A stretch of DNA of 64,000 nucleotides from an uncultured Pelagibacteraceae bacterium (GTDB lineage: Bacteria; Pseudomonadota; Alphaproteobacteria; Pelagibacterales; Pelagibacteraceae), in NCBI GenBank assembly GCA_902608305.1, contig CACLNK010000001.1, positions 12,244 through 76,243 of the forward strand. The letters are read 5' to 3'. Below the pieces are notes generated by a model. That model was not told the DNA's origin and ran no database searches. It worked only from the letters and a program-made list of their open reading frames with translations. The number at the start of each line of letters is the position of its first letter. Within the stretch, counting starts at the first letter, position 1. The translations under genes and the position numbers were made by a program. Shown here one piece after another: positions 21,860-32,526 of this stretch.

Positions 21860-22416
21860 AAATATCTAGTAATGAAATAAGAGTTGGAATGTTGATCGAA
21901 CACAAAGATGACTTATGGCAAGTATTAAAAACACAACATGTAAAACCTGGAAAAGGTGGAGCATTTGCTCAGATTGAAATGAAAAGTGTCAGCAAAAACA
22001 CAAAACTTAATGAAAGATTTAGATCAAGTGATTATGTTGAGAAAGCATCATTAGATGAAATTAAATTCAACTTTTTATATGAAGATGAAACTGACTATTA
22101 TTTTATTAATCAAAAATCTTTTGAACAAATTAATATTAAAAAAAATATTGTAGGTGAAAAAGGCAAAATGCTTACTGAAAATTTACAAGTTAGTATAAAT
22201 TTTTACAATGATAAGCCTTTAGCTGTAGAATTACCAAATCAAGTAACTTGTAAAATTTTAACGACAGATGTTGCCCTAAAAGGTCAAACTGTCTCCTCGT
22301 CTTACAAGCCTGCAACTTTAGACAATGGTATAAATATACAAGTTCCACCTTTTGTTGAAAGTGGAGATATAATCATAGTTGATACAAGAAACATGGAGTA
22401 TATTAAAAAAATTTAA
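21856..22416 (+). CDS. efp: Elongation factor P
   Basis: HVKPGKGGAF, YKPATLDNG, VPPFV. Confidence 0.98.
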   Translation: MKISSNEIRVGMLIEHKDDLWQVLKTQHVKPGKGGAFAQIEMKSVSKNTKLNERFRSSDYVEKASLDEIKFNFLYEDETDYYFINQKSFEQINIKKNIVGEKGKMLTENLQVSINFYNDKPLAVELPNQVTCKILTTDVALKGQTVSSSYKPATLDNGINIQVPPFVESGDIIIVDTRNMEYIKKI

Positions 22417-22422
22417 TTTGTC

Positions 22423-23181
22423 ATGCCTTCTATCTCTGCCAATCTTAATATTATGATTAAAGCAAGCGAAAAAGCTTCCAGAGGTTTAATTAGAGATTTT
22501 GGTGAATTAGAACAATTACAAGTATCAATTAAAGGTCCATCAGATTTTGTAACCAATGCTGATACAAAAGCAGAAAAAATTATTATTGATGAACTCACTA
22601 GATCCCGAAAAAACTATTCTATATTAAGTGAGGAAAGTGGATCAAAAAAAAACAAAGATATAGATAATGTCTGGATTATTGATCCTATAGATGGAACAAT
22701 TAATTTTTTACATGGTGTGCCACACTTTGCAATTTCAATAGCCTTAAAATCAAACAACGAAATTGTATCTGGATTAATTTATGATCCAATTAAAGATGAA
22801 ATGTTTTACGCTGAAAAAAATAATGGAGCATACTTTAATAATAAAAGAATAAGAGTTTCAAAAAGAAAAAAAATGGAAGATTGTTTATTTGCAAGTGGTG
22901 AAATTGACAACGAAAATATTAAACAAAAAACAAATGCTAAACTATCAATAAGAAAATCAGGCAGTGCAGCTTTAGATATGGCTTACGTTGCCAGTGGAAG
23001 ATACGATGGATATTTTCAAAAAAATTTAAATTTATGGGATATCGCAGCTGGTATCATAATTGTAAAAGAAGCAGGAGGCCAAGTTAATGATTTAAATTTA
23101 AAACAAAATAATAATATTAATATTATTGCCTCTAGTTCCTCAATAAACGAAAAATTACTTAAAAATCTTATTAACTTTTAA
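22423..23181 (+). CDS. suhB: Inositol monophosphatase family protein
   Basis: [26 protein letters not shown]. Confidence 0.94.
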   Translation: MPSISANLNIMIKASEKASRGLIRDFGELEQLQVSIKGPSDFVTNADTKAEKIIIDELTRSRKNYSILSEESGSKKNKDIDNVWIIDPIDGTINFLHGVPHFAISIALKSNNEIVSGLIYDPIKDEMFYAEKNNGAYFNNKRIRVSKRKKMEDCLFASGEIDNENIKQKTNAKLSIRKSGSAALDMAYVASGRYDGYFQKNLNLWDIAAGIIIVKEAGGQVNDLNLKQNNNINIIASSSSINEKLLKNLINF

Positions 23182-23216
23182 TTGTTTTCTTAAATTCTTT
23201 TGTTATAAGTTTCGCT

Positions 23217-23447
23217 ATGAAAAAAAATATTCATCCAAATTATCATGCTATAAAAGTTGAAATGACTGATGGCAGTCAGTTTGAAACTAAATCAACTTGG
23301 GGTTCAGAGGGAGAAGTATTAAAATTAGAAATTGATCCAAAATCTCATTCAGCATGGACTGGCGGTAAACAAAAAATTTTAGATAAGGGTCGAGTAAGTA
23401 AATTTAATAAAAAATTTAAAAATTTTAGATCAGAAAACAACAAATAA
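23217..23447 (+). CDS. rpmE: 50S ribosomal protein L31 (Cys-free form)
   Basis: [26 protein letters not shown]. Confidence 0.96.
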   Translation: MKKNIHPNYHAIKVEMTDGSQFETKSTWGSEGEVLKLEIDPKSHSAWTGGKQKILDKGRVSKFNKKFKNFRSENNK

Positions 23448-24005
23448 ATGGCTAACAACACACCACTAATGCCAATGGCCACCGCTGTTTGGTTGGTAGA
23501 AAATACAACTTTAACATTTAAACAAATAGCTAATTTTTGTAATTTACATGAAGTAGAAATTCAAGGAATAGCAGATGGAGAAGTTGCAAAAGGTATAATT
23601 GCTTATAATCCTATTATTTCTGGCCAACTAACTAGAGAAGAAATTTCATTATCATCTAATGATCATAATAGACCTTTAAAAATTAATAGCACTGATATTG
23701 AAATTTCAAGTTCAGAAAATAAAATTAAAAAATATATTCCTTTGTCAAAAAGACAAGATAAGCCAGATTCTGCTTTATGGTTGTTAAAACATCATCCTGA
23801 ATTAAAAGATTCACAAATCGGAAAATTAGTATCAATTACTACAAATTCAGTAAAGGCTATAAGAAATAAAAATTATTGGAACTATAATAATTTAAATGCA
23901 AAAGATCCTGTGGCTATGAGTTTATTTTCACAAAAAGATTTAATGGAAGCAATAGAAAAAGCCCAAAGACGTATAAAAAGAGAAAAAAGTGCTAAAAAAA
24001 AATAA
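23448..24005 (+). CDS. DUF1013 family protein (TrcR-like, alphaproteobacterial)
   Basis: PLMPMATAVWLVENTTLTF, GIADG, SKRQDKPD. Confidence 0.88.
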   Translation: MANNTPLMPMATAVWLVENTTLTFKQIANFCNLHEVEIQGIADGEVAKGIIAYNPIISGQLTREEISLSSNDHNRPLKINSTDIEISSSENKIKKYIPLSKRQDKPDSALWLLKHHPELKDSQIGKLVSITTNSVKAIRNKNYWNYNNLNAKDPVAMSLFSQKDLMEAIEKAQRRIKREKSAKKK

Positions 24006-24079
24006 TTTTTCATATCAAAATAAATTTAATAGACATCAAAATTATAAAATGATATCACACTTTTTTTTTGGAGGTATTT

Positions 24080-24274
24080 ATTAAAATAGAAGTAAAAGAT
24101 AATAATGTTGAACAAGCTCTAAGAGTTCTTAAAAGAAGACTTCAGAGAGATGGCTTCTTTAAGATAGTAAAATTAAAAAATACTTATGAAAAACCGTCTG
24201 AAAAAAAAAAAAGAATTAAACAAGAAAATATTAAAAGAACAAAAAAACTCCAGAAATTAAAAAACAGAATTTAA
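24080..24274 (+). CDS. rpsU: 30S ribosomal protein S21
   Basis: VKDNNVEQALRVLKR, YEKPSEKK; no in-frame ATG; proposed start ATT 24080 behind GGAGGT (track start TTG 24068). Confidence 0.93.
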   Translation: MKIEVKDNNVEQALRVLKRRLQRDGFFKIVKLKNTYEKPSEKKKRIKQENIKRTKKLQKLKNRI

Positions 24275-24278
24275 ATAT

Positions 24279-24355
<77 letters not shown>

Positions 24356-24420
24356 AATAAGATGTGGTTAATAATCATTCATCAAAAATAATTTTGTGAT
24401 CTTGACGCTCGTATGACGTC

Positions 24421-24530
24421 AGGAGGATAAAAATGGCATACATAAGAAAGTGAAAAAGCAAATTCAACGTTGCGATAAGAAAAAGTACGGTCAAAGAATC
24501 TATAAAACTTTTGCTCATCTAATGCTCAAC
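24421..24530 (+). pseudogene. Decayed 5' fragment of a phage-type tyrosine integrase
   Basis: AGGAGG SD then ATG 24433: MAYIRK*KSKFNVAIRK/(frameshift)YGQRIYKTF, resembling the MAxIRKR...IRrKG...KTF arm-binding N-terminus; immediately 3' of a tRNA. Confidence 0.6.
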
Positions 24531-24674
24531 CTTACGATAAAAACTTTTTTCTTTTTTTAAAATATAATCTACGAATAGATCTTTATATATTTGATCATTA
24601 AGAAAATATGTTATATTAGAGTTTATTAGATCAATATGATAAAAAAGCATATACTTTCAATAGCTTGATGAGTA

Positions 24675-25874
24675 ATGAAAATAGCTGTAATTTTTGACGC
24701 AGACGCTACTGGTGGTGGCGGATATTTCCAGTCCTTAAAAACTTCAATTTTACTAAATAATCTAAAATCTTCATCATTTAACTTCATTTTTATCAGAACA
24801 GATAAGAATGATGGTAGTAATAATGATTTTATAAAACATAATATTAAACCTATTCTCTTTAAAAAAAAAAGATTATCAAGATTATATTATAGACTTTCAG
24901 AATCTAAATTCTTAGATTATTTTTTTAAAAAATCTAAGAATCCTTTTAACCAATTTTTAAAAAAAGAAAAAATAGACCTAGCAATATTTTTAGGACCAAG
25001 TGATTTTATAAACTATTGTGAGGATATAAATTTTATCACAAATATTTATGATATAAATTTTAAATTTGAAAATAGCTTTCCTGAGTATAAAAATAGAAAT
25101 TATAGTATGTTTGAGAAAAGTGTTAATTCTGCTTATAGTATTTTAGTTGATACCAAAAGAACTAAGGAAGAACTGATAAAATACTTTAACTGTTACGAAA
25201 AAAAAATTAACATATATCCTTTTGACCCTTACCTCCCTACTGTTTATAACGAAATAAAAGATAAATTTAAGCCTGAAGATTACTTAAAAGCAATAGGACT
25301 AGAAGAAAATGAAAAATTTATATTTTATCCTGCTCAATTTTGGGCTCACAAAAACCACAAATACATTATCGATGCAATTGAAATTTTAAAAGCTCAAAAA
25401 AAAATAAAATTTAAAACTATATTCTGTGGTACTAATAAAAAAAATTTTACATATATAAAAAATGAGATAAAAAAGAAAAAACTAGAAAATGATATTATTA
25501 TATTTCCTTTTCTGAGTAATGAACAAATAATTTCTCTTTACAAAAAAACACTAGCTTTAGTTATGCCAACTTATGTTGCTAGATCTACTCTTACTTTGTA
25601 TGAAGCATTTTTTTTTAAAACTCCAGTCTTATATTCGAACGGTATACTTGATAAAGAGCTAGAACAATTTGTAACAACATTTAACCTAAATAATCCAAAT
25701 GATTTAGCTCAAAAATTAGAAGATCTTATAAATACAAATAACAATTTTAATGAAAAAATTAATAATGCATATTTATATTTTCAACAAAACTTAAAAAATG
25801 AAACAAGAGAAAAAATATTATTAGACATTATAAAAAATTATAAATATATCCAAAAAAGATGGAAAGATTCTTGA
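24675..25874 (+). CDS. Glycosyltransferase, GT4-like
   Basis: FYPAQFWAHKNH, LVMPT...LYEAF GT-B motifs. Confidence 0.85.
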   Translation: MKIAVIFDADATGGGGYFQSLKTSILLNNLKSSSFNFIFIRTDKNDGSNNDFIKHNIKPILFKKKRLSRLYYRLSESKFLDYFFKKSKNPFNQFLKKEKIDLAIFLGPSDFINYCEDINFITNIYDINFKFENSFPEYKNRNYSMFEKSVNSAYSILVDTKRTKEELIKYFNCYEKKINIYPFDPYLPTVYNEIKDKFKPEDYLKAIGLEENEKFIFYPAQFWAHKNHKYIIDAIEILKAQKKIKFKTIFCGTNKKNFTYIKNEIKKKKLENDIIIFPFLSNEQIISLYKKTLALVMPTYVARSTLTLYEAFFFKTPVLYSNGILDKELEQFVTTFNLNNPNDLAQKLEDLINTNNNFNEKINNAYLYFQQNLKNETREKILLDIIKNYKYIQKRWKDS

Positions 25875-25875
25875 T

Positions 25876-26709
25876 TTAATTTTTAAACGACTTTAATATA
25901 TCTGAAAGGTTATCTTTAGGAGTCCATCCTATTTTTTTTATTTTGTTAATATTAGCTATTAAAAAGCTTGTTTTAGAACTATTAACAAATCTAAATTTAA
26001 TTTTTTTATTTAAAATTTTTGATATTTTTAATGGTATATTTTGTAAATTGGTTTTTTTACCTCTCGCTAAGTTATAGATACCTTTAGATTTTAAAACCCA
26101 TAACCACTTTATAATCAAAGATATGTCTCGCGTGCTTATAAAGTCTCTATAATGGTTCAAGTTCTTAAATAATATTTTATCTTCTTTGGTTTTATTAATT
26201 TTATCAAATATTGAAGGAACTACAAAAGAATTTTTTTGGGCTGGATGAGTGAAGCTAAATATACGTCCGATGCAGTAAGGGATATTTTTTTTTAATTTAC
26301 TTTCTACGTATCTTTCAGCTTTTAATTTTGTTTTACCATATTTAGAAATAGGGTTTTTTTTATAATTCTCTTTGATATTAACATTTTTTTTAGGATAACT
26401 ATATACGTGTGAAGTCGAAGCAAAAAAAAACCATTTTAAATTTTTTTTATATTTAAGAATTAAATCAATCAAATTTTTCGTACCAAAATAATTAACTAAA
26501 TAAGCTTTTCTATAATTTTTTTTAACTTCATTTGTTGGTACTATTGCTGCTAAATGAATAATTAAATCAAATTCATTCTTTAAAATCCATTTTTTTAAAT
26601 CTTTTTTTTTTGTTATATCTCCTTTAAAAGAGTTAAACTTAAAGTTTAAAATCCTTTGAATTTCAGAACCAAGTACGCCTGTTGAGCCTGTAATTCCACA
26701 CTTGACCAT
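25876..26709 (-). CDS. NAD(P)-dependent nucleotide-sugar epimerase/reductase (extended SDR)
   Basis: ITGSTGVLG, IHLAA, YGKTK (YxxxK), RDFI. Confidence 0.88.
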   Translation of the reverse strand: MVKCGITGSTGVLGSEIQRILNFKFNSFKGDITKKKDLKKWILKNEFDLIIHLAAIVPTNEVKKNYRKAYLVNYFGTKNLIDLILKYKKNLKWFFFASTSHVYSYPKKNVNIKENYKKNPISKYGKTKLKAERYVESKLKKNIPYCIGRIFSFTHPAQKNSFVVPSIFDKINKTKEDKILFKNLNHYRDFISTRDISLIIKWLWVLKSKGIYNLARGKKTNLQNIPLKISKILNKKIKFRFVNSSKTSFLIANINKIKKIGWTPKDNLSDILKSFKN

Positions 26710-27957
26710 TTATAATCTATCAATCATTAAAAGATGATTTGTTAAATTTAATAAAGAACTTTTTGTAATTGGATTTATATGTAATCCAATAAAAAAACCT
26801 CTGTCTTCTATTGTTTGAGAATTTTTAAAATTTATTTTTGCTTTATTAAGACCGTATAATTCTATGCTTTTTTGATTCATAAAGTTTCCGCTTAAAATAG
26901 GTCTCGTTTCAATATTCTGTTTTTTTAAATAATTCAAAAATTTTTCTTTTTTATGAAGTAAATTTTCATTTATCATTAATGGAAATCCAAACCAACTTGG
27001 TTGTAAGTTTTTAATTTCATTAAAAAATTTAAATTGATTTTTCCATTTTGTTGAAGACTTTAAAAATTCAATAATTTTGGTTCTATTTTTTGATCTTATA
27101 TCCATAAACTTATTTAATCTTCTAAATTGATTTAAGCCAATTGCTGCAGTTATATCTAATGGTCTCAAATTAAAACCTGAATTAATAAAATTAAATGTAT
27201 TTTCTTTTATTTGATTTTTAATCTTTGGATTAAAACCTCTATCCCAGCCATGAGATCTAAGCGAATGTAATAATCTATAATCTTCATCTGTATGACAAAC
27301 AATCATTCCTCCTTCACCAGAAGTAATTTGATGAGAATAGTAAAATGAATATGTGCCAAAATCACCATAAGTTCCTAAAAATTTATTTTTAAATTTGGAA
27401 CCTAAGGATTCACATGCATCTTCAATCAAATATATATTATTTTTTTTGCACAAATTTGAAATTTTTAAAATGTCTGAAGAATTACCTAAAACATGAACAG
27501 CCATAATTACTTTTGTTTTTTTATTAATATTTTTTTCTACTTCTTTATAATCAACGTTAAAACTATCTAAATTTACATCGATAAATTTTGGTTTTAGGCC
27601 TGCTTGTACGAGAGGCCATAATGAAGTTGACCAACAAAGAGCTTGAATAATAAACTCATCATTTTTTTTTAAGTAATTTTTTTTCATTGGATTTACAAGT
27701 GCAAATGCAGCTAGTAAATTTGCTGAGGATCCTGAATTAACCATTAAAGCATGTTTAACGTTTAAATATTTAGCAAATTCATTTTCGAATTCTTTAGTAA
27801 TTGCTCCCATAGTAATTTTTCCCGAAAGCAAAACATCTAAAGCTGATAAAATATCTTCATTAGAAAAAGCATCTTCTAATAAAGTATATTTTTTCAAATT
27901 TTTTTCATTTTCACTTTTTAAATATTTAGTTAAAAAATTTTTAATTTCTTTTTTCAT
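26710..27957 (-). CDS. DegT/DnrJ-family PLP enzyme, ColD-like nucleotide-sugar 3-dehydratase
   Basis: VNSGSSANL, EDACESLG, SFYYSHQITSGEGG (His in place of the Schiff-base Lys), HGWDR, SWFGF. Confidence 0.85.
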   Translation of the reverse strand: MKKEIKNFLTKYLKSENEKNLKKYTLLEDAFSNEDILSALDVLLSGKITMGAITKEFENEFAKYLNVKHALMVNSGSSANLLAAFALVNPMKKNYLKKNDEFIIQALCWSTSLWPLVQAGLKPKFIDVNLDSFNVDYKEVEKNINKKTKVIMAVHVLGNSSDILKISNLCKKNNIYLIEDACESLGSKFKNKFLGTYGDFGTYSFYYSHQITSGEGGMIVCHTDEDYRLLHSLRSHGWDRGFNPKIKNQIKENTFNFINSGFNLRPLDITAAIGLNQFRRLNKFMDIRSKNRTKIIEFLKSSTKWKNQFKFFNEIKNLQPSWFGFPLMINENLLHKKEKFLNYLKKQNIETRPILSGNFMNQKSIELYGLNKAKINFKNSQTIEDRGFFIGLHINPITKSSLLNLTNHLLMIDRL

Positions 27958-28036
27958 AATTATTTAAAGTTAAACTTATATTTAGTATTTAATGAATCTT
28001 TATCAATAAATATTCAAAACATCAAATTTCCAAATT

Positions 28037-28816
28037 TTAATAAGAATTTTTTTTTTTTGGAAATAATTTTTTAATTACATCTTGTTTAAAATTTATGGCT
28101 GCTCTGTCTATAATTTTTGCTAAACTTGCATATTTTTTTACAAATCTATAATTTGTAGAATTTAAACCCAATAGATCATCAGTGACTAAAACCTGTCCAT
28201 CACAATCAATTGAGGCTCCGATGCCTATTGTAGGTACTTTTACTGAACTAGTGATTTTTTTTGACAAAGATTTTTCTGTACACTCTAAAACAATTGAAAA
28301 AACACCTGACGAGGCAAGTAATTTTGCATCGTTAAAAATTTTATTTTTTTCAATTTCAGTTTTTCCTTTAAACCTAAATTTTCCTTTTTCAAATTGTGGA
28401 AGTAGACCCACATGTCCCATCACTTGAACTTTATTTTTGACTAAATGCTTTATAATTTTTATTATTTTTTTTCCACCTTCTAGTTTAACTGCATCACATC
28501 CTGTTTGAGAAATAATATATTTAGCATTTTTAAGAGCTTCTTTAGTATTTTTATATGTTCGATATGGCATATCAACAACCATAAGACTTTTTTTAATTCC
28601 TTTTTTTACACTTTTAGAATGTTCAATCATTGTTTTTAAAGAAACATTTCTTGTTGTATCGTAATTATAAAGTACAGATCCTAAGGAATCTCCAACTAAA
28701 ACAATATCGCAGTGTCTATCTAAAATTTCAGCAATATTTTTTGAATATGCAGTAAGACAAATTATTTTTTTTTTATTTTTTTTTTTTATTATTTTTTTTA
28801 TTTTTTTAGAAAACAT
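28037..28816 (-). CDS. panB: 3-methyl-2-oxobutanoate hydroxymethyltransferase
   Basis: LVGDSLG, VVDMP, AVKLEGG, GHVGL, TIGIGA, DGQVLV. Confidence 0.95.
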   Translation of the reverse strand: MFSKKIKKIIKKKNKKKIICLTAYSKNIAEILDRHCDIVLVGDSLGSVLYNYDTTRNVSLKTMIEHSKSVKKGIKKSLMVVDMPYRTYKNTKEALKNAKYIISQTGCDAVKLEGGKKIIKIIKHLVKNKVQVMGHVGLLPQFEKGKFRFKGKTEIEKNKIFNDAKLLASSGVFSIVLECTEKSLSKKITSSVKVPTIGIGASIDCDGQVLVTDDLLGLNSTNYRFVKKYASLAKIIDRAAINFKQDVIKKLFPKKKNSY

Positions 28817-28817
28817 T

Positions 28818-30380
28818 TTATTCTAACTCAATTGTACTAGGTGGTTTAGAGGTTACATCATAAACCACTCTATTAATTCCCTTAATGTTATTTATAATTT
28901 TATTAGAAATAGATTGCAAAAATTTTTTATTGAAATTAAAAAAATCAGCAGTCATGCCATCTTCAGAAGTAATTGCTCTTAGAAGACAAATATGTTCATA
29001 AGTTCTATTATCTCCCATAACTCCAACAGTTTTCACTGGAAGTAAGGCTGCATAAGCCTGCCATATTTTATGATAAAGGTTATATTTGCGTAAGTGATTA
29101 ATAAAATAACAATCAGCTTCTTTTAAAATATTTATTTTTTCTTTTGTTATAATCCCTGGTATTCTTATTGCTAAACCGGGCCCAGGAAAAGGATGTCTAG
29201 AAATTATTTCTTTTGATAATTTTAATTCCAATCCAAGTTTTCTAACCTCGTCCTTAAATAAATATTTTAAAGGTTCAACTAATTTAAGTTTCATTTTTTT
29301 TGGCAAACCACCAACATTATGATGTGATTTAATTTTTGAAGTTTGACTCCCTGTAACAGATTTGCTTTCAATCAAGTCAGGATATAACGTGCCTTGAGCC
29401 AAAAATTTTACCTTTTTAATTTTTCTAGAATATTTTTCAAAAATCTTGATAAACAATTTACCAATTATTTTTCTTTTTTTTTCAGGATCTGAAACATTTT
29501 TTAATTTATTTAAAAATTCATTAGAAGCATCAACGTAAATTAAATTCATTTTTAATTTTTTTTTAAATGTATTAACTACTTGGTTTTCTTCATTTTTTCT
29601 TAATAATCCTGTATTAACAAAAATACAAGTTAGTTTTTTTCCGATTGCGCTGTTAATTAGTCTGGCAACAACGCTACTATCAACTCCTCCTGATAAAGCA
29701 CATATAACTTTTACATTGCCAACTTGTTTTCTAACAGATTTAATTAATTTAAATTTTTGCTGTTTAGAAGACCAATTTCTTTTAGCTTTGCATATTAGAA
29801 ACAGGAAATTTTTTAATAAAATTTTTCCTTTATCGGTGTGAGTTACTTCTGGATGAAATTGTACTCCATAAAGTTTTTTTTTGTTATTTTCTATAATTGT
29901 TAAATTTGAATTTTTGCTTGATGCAATTATTTTAAATCCTTTTGGTAGTCTGGAAACTTGGTCTGCGTGACTCATCCAAACATTATTTACATTGTTTTTA
30001 CTAAAGAAATTTTTAACTAATAAACTATTATTTTTTTTTTTAACTTTTGCTAAACCAAACTCTCTAAATTTTGATTGCTTAACTTTGCCTCCCATTATTT
30101 TTGAAATTATCTGATGACCAAAACATATACCTAAAATTGGTATGTCTAATTCAATAATTTTCTTATTAAATTTAATTTTATGGTTTTGATAGACGTTAAG
30201 TGGACCACCTGATAAAACTATTCCCTTTACGTCCTTAAAAATTTTTAAATTATTTGTTTTTTTATGACTTATAATTTCAGAAAAAACTCCTAACTCTCTA
30301 ATTCTACGCGCTATTAATTGCGTAAATTGAGAACCAAAGTCAATGATTAAAATTTTTTTTAAATTATTGTTTAGACTCAT
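28818..30380 (-). CDS. guaA: GMP synthase (glutamine-hydrolysing)
   Basis: [46 protein letters not shown]; start probably 30380. Confidence 0.98.
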   Translation of the reverse strand: MSLNNNLKKILIIDFGSQFTQLIARRIRELGVFSEIISHKKTNNLKIFKDVKGIVLSGGPLNVYQNHKIKFNKKIIELDIPILGICFGHQIISKIMGGKVKQSKFREFGLAKVKKKNNSLLVKNFFSKNNVNNVWMSHADQVSRLPKGFKIIASSKNSNLTIIENNKKKLYGVQFHPEVTHTDKGKILLKNFLFLICKAKRNWSSKQQKFKLIKSVRKQVGNVKVICALSGGVDSSVVARLINSAIGKKLTCIFVNTGLLRKNEENQVVNTFKKKLKMNLIYVDASNEFLNKLKNVSDPEKKRKIIGKLFIKIFEKYSRKIKKVKFLAQGTLYPDLIESKSVTGSQTSKIKSHHNVGGLPKKMKLKLVEPLKYLFKDEVRKLGLELKLSKEIISRHPFPGPGLAIRIPGIITKEKINILKEADCYFINHLRKYNLYHKIWQAYAALLPVKTVGVMGDNRTYEHICLLRAITSEDGMTADFFNFNKKFLQSISNKIINNIKGINRVVYDVTSKPPSTIELE

Positions 30381-30801
30381 CTTTTGCTTCAATATTTGTT
30401 AATCTTTCATCAATACTTTTAGTTTTATCACAAAGAGTTGAGCAAATAATTTTAAATTTTTTTGTTAAATCTTTAACTTCTGAAAAATTTGAATTTTTTA
30501 GTTTAATGTCTATTAACATATATAACGCATCTTCATTATCTGGCTCTAATAACAAAGTGGTTTCTAAATATTTTATTTCTTCTCTTTCATTTTCTTCTGA
30601 TTTGTAAATTTTTGCTAAATAAAGATATGATTCAGCGTCTTTTGGATTAAAAACAATATTTCTCTGAAATAAAAATTTTGAATCTTCCAATTTTTTTTTA
30701 TCATACATTTTCTTTGCTTCGTCAAAAAAATTGTCTTTTGCACTAGCTGTAATATTAAAAAAAAAATGAATTAATAGGGTACAAATAAATAGCTTTTTCA
30801 T
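30364..30801 (-). CDS. Secreted TPR protein
   Basis: Signal peptide, two TPR-like repeats ([23 protein letters not shown]). Confidence 0.75.
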   Translation of the reverse strand: MKKLFICTLLIHFFFNITASAKDNFFDEAKKMYDKKKLEDSKFLFQRNIVFNPKDAESYLYLAKIYKSEENEREEIKYLETTLLLEPDNEDALYMLIDIKLKNSNFSEVKDLTKKFKIICSTLCDKTKSIDERLTNIEAKDESKQ

Positions 30802-31877
30802 TAAAATTTACTTTCTTTCTTAACTTCGTCTATATTATGTACCATACTTTCGTAAAAACCAGCTTTGGTAATTTTTAAAAATTTAGATTTATTTCTTAAA
30901 TTAATTATTTTTTTCGACCCTAAATACCCCATAGATGATTTAAGGCCTCCAATTAATTTATATATAATTTTTTCAAGATCACCTTTATATTTAACTAACC
31001 CTTCTACGCCTTCTGGAACATATTTTGATGTATCTTGTTGAATTTTTTGAAAATACCTTTCTGCTGATCCTTTGTTCATAGCTCCAACAGAGCCCATGCC
31101 ACGAAAATTTTTGTATAGTTGGCCATTTTTTTTTATTAGTTTACCAGGTGTTTCTTTAGTTCCAGCAAACAATGAACCTATCATCACGGCATCAGCACCT
31201 GCAGCCAAAGCTTTTGCAATATCTCCTGAAAATTTTATTCCTCCATCAGAAATTATTGAAACTTTTTTATTTTTTGTTCCTTTTTTTACTTCTAAAATTG
31301 CACTTAATTGTGGGACTCCTATTCCCGCCACTAGTCTTGTAGTGCAAATAGAACCGGGGCCAATTCCAACTTTTATTATATCTACACCAAGTTTTATTAA
31401 AAACTTAGCTGCTTCAGCTGTAGCTATATTTCCAGCACAAAGTGTTGTGTATTTTGATTTCTTTTTTTTAATTTTTTTAATTATTTCAGATACCTTTTTA
31501 GTATGAGCGTGTGCGGTATCTACAACAATTAAATCTACTTTTTCTTTTAATATTGCCTCAGCTCTTTTTATTTCTTTTGGGCCAGCCCCGACCGCAGCCC
31601 CAACTATAAGTTTTTTTTTTTTAACTTTATTAATTTCATAAATTTGTTTCTTAATATCAAGATTTCTATGAATAATTCCAATACCCCCAGCTTTGGCAAT
31701 GGCTATTGCCATTTTAGATTCTGTTACTGTATCCATGGCTGATGACAGAATAGGTATTTTTAAAGTTAAATTTTTTGACAAAATAATTTTAGTGCAAACG
31801 TCTGAGGGCAAAACTTCAGAATATCTAGGAGCTAGAGTAACATCATCGAAAGTAAGTGCTTCTTTTATAGGACCCAT
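30801..31877 (-). CDS. guaB: IMP dehydrogenase lacking the CBS subdomain
   Basis: LTFDDV, SAMDTVTE, GPGSICTTR, RGMGS, VPEGVEG; only 358 aa. Confidence 0.97.
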   Translation of the reverse strand: MGPIKEALTFDDVTLAPRYSEVLPSDVCTKIILSKNLTLKIPILSSAMDTVTESKMAIAIAKAGGIGIIHRNLDIKKQIYEINKVKKKKLIVGAAVGAGPKEIKRAEAILKEKVDLIVVDTAHAHTKKVSEIIKKIKKKKSKYTTLCAGNIATAEAAKFLIKLGVDIIKVGIGPGSICTTRLVAGIGVPQLSAILEVKKGTKNKKVSIISDGGIKFSGDIAKALAAGADAVMIGSLFAGTKETPGKLIKKNGQLYKNFRGMGSVGAMNKGSAERYFQKIQQDTSKYVPEGVEGLVKYKGDLEKIIYKLIGGLKSSMGYLGSKKIINLRNKSKFLKITKAGFYESMVHNIDEVKKESKF

Positions 31878-31914
31878 ATTAATGTATATATGTTTTTTTA
31901 AAAATTAAAAGTCT

Positions 31915-32526
31915 CTAACGTAAATTTTTACAAATAATAAAATTTTCTTTGGAATCTTTTCTACTGGACTTTGGTTTAAATACATTAACTTTTTTAAATA
32001 CATTGTTTGCCATACTAACTACCTCATTAAAAGTCGAACCCATGAAGATTTTTGAGACAAATTTACCGTCTTTGCTCAAAATATCTTTAGCAAAAATTAT
32101 TGCCTCTTTGCATAGTTCTCCAGTAGAAATTGAATCAACGCTTTTATTTCCTGTAGTATTAACTGCCATATCAGAAACAACTACATCAACTTTAGATTTA
32201 AAATGTTCTTTAATTTGAGCTTGAAAATCTGTCTCTGTAAAATCACCTGTAATCTGTGATGTATTATTGATGTTTTCCATTTTTTTTAAATCAATAGATA
32301 AAATTTTTCCACTTTTTACTTTCTTTACTGCATATTGTGACCATCCTCCAGGAGCGGCTCCAAGATCAATTAAAGAAATACTATTTCTTAAAATTTTAAA
32401 TTTTTCGTCAATTTCTTGTAATTTATAAGCAGATCTAGATCTATATCCATCAACTTTGGATTGTCGAACATAAATGTCTCTTCTTTGTCTGTTGATCCAA
32501 TTTTTTGAAATTTTATTTTTTTTCAA
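31915..32526 (-). CDS. rlmE: 23S rRNA Um2552 methyltransferase
   Basis: YRSRSAYKL, DLGAAPGGWSQ, SDMA, KPKSSR. Confidence 0.96.
   Translation of the reverse strand: MKKNKISKNWINRQRRDIYVRQSKVDGYRSRSAYKLQEIDEKFKILRNSISLIDLGAAPGGWSQYAVKKVKSGKILSIDLKKMENINNTSQITGDFTETDFQAQIKEHFKSKVDVVVSDMAVNTTGNKSVDSISTGELCKEAIIFAKDILSKDGKFVSKIFMGSTFNEVVSMANNVFKKVNVFKPKSSRKDSKENFIICKNLR

Noticed and set aside
27958-28036. Searched for a duplicated tRNA-fMet 3' end (att site) bounding the islet
   Set aside because: No copy of CCCCCGCAACCA seen, so no intact integrated element can be delimited
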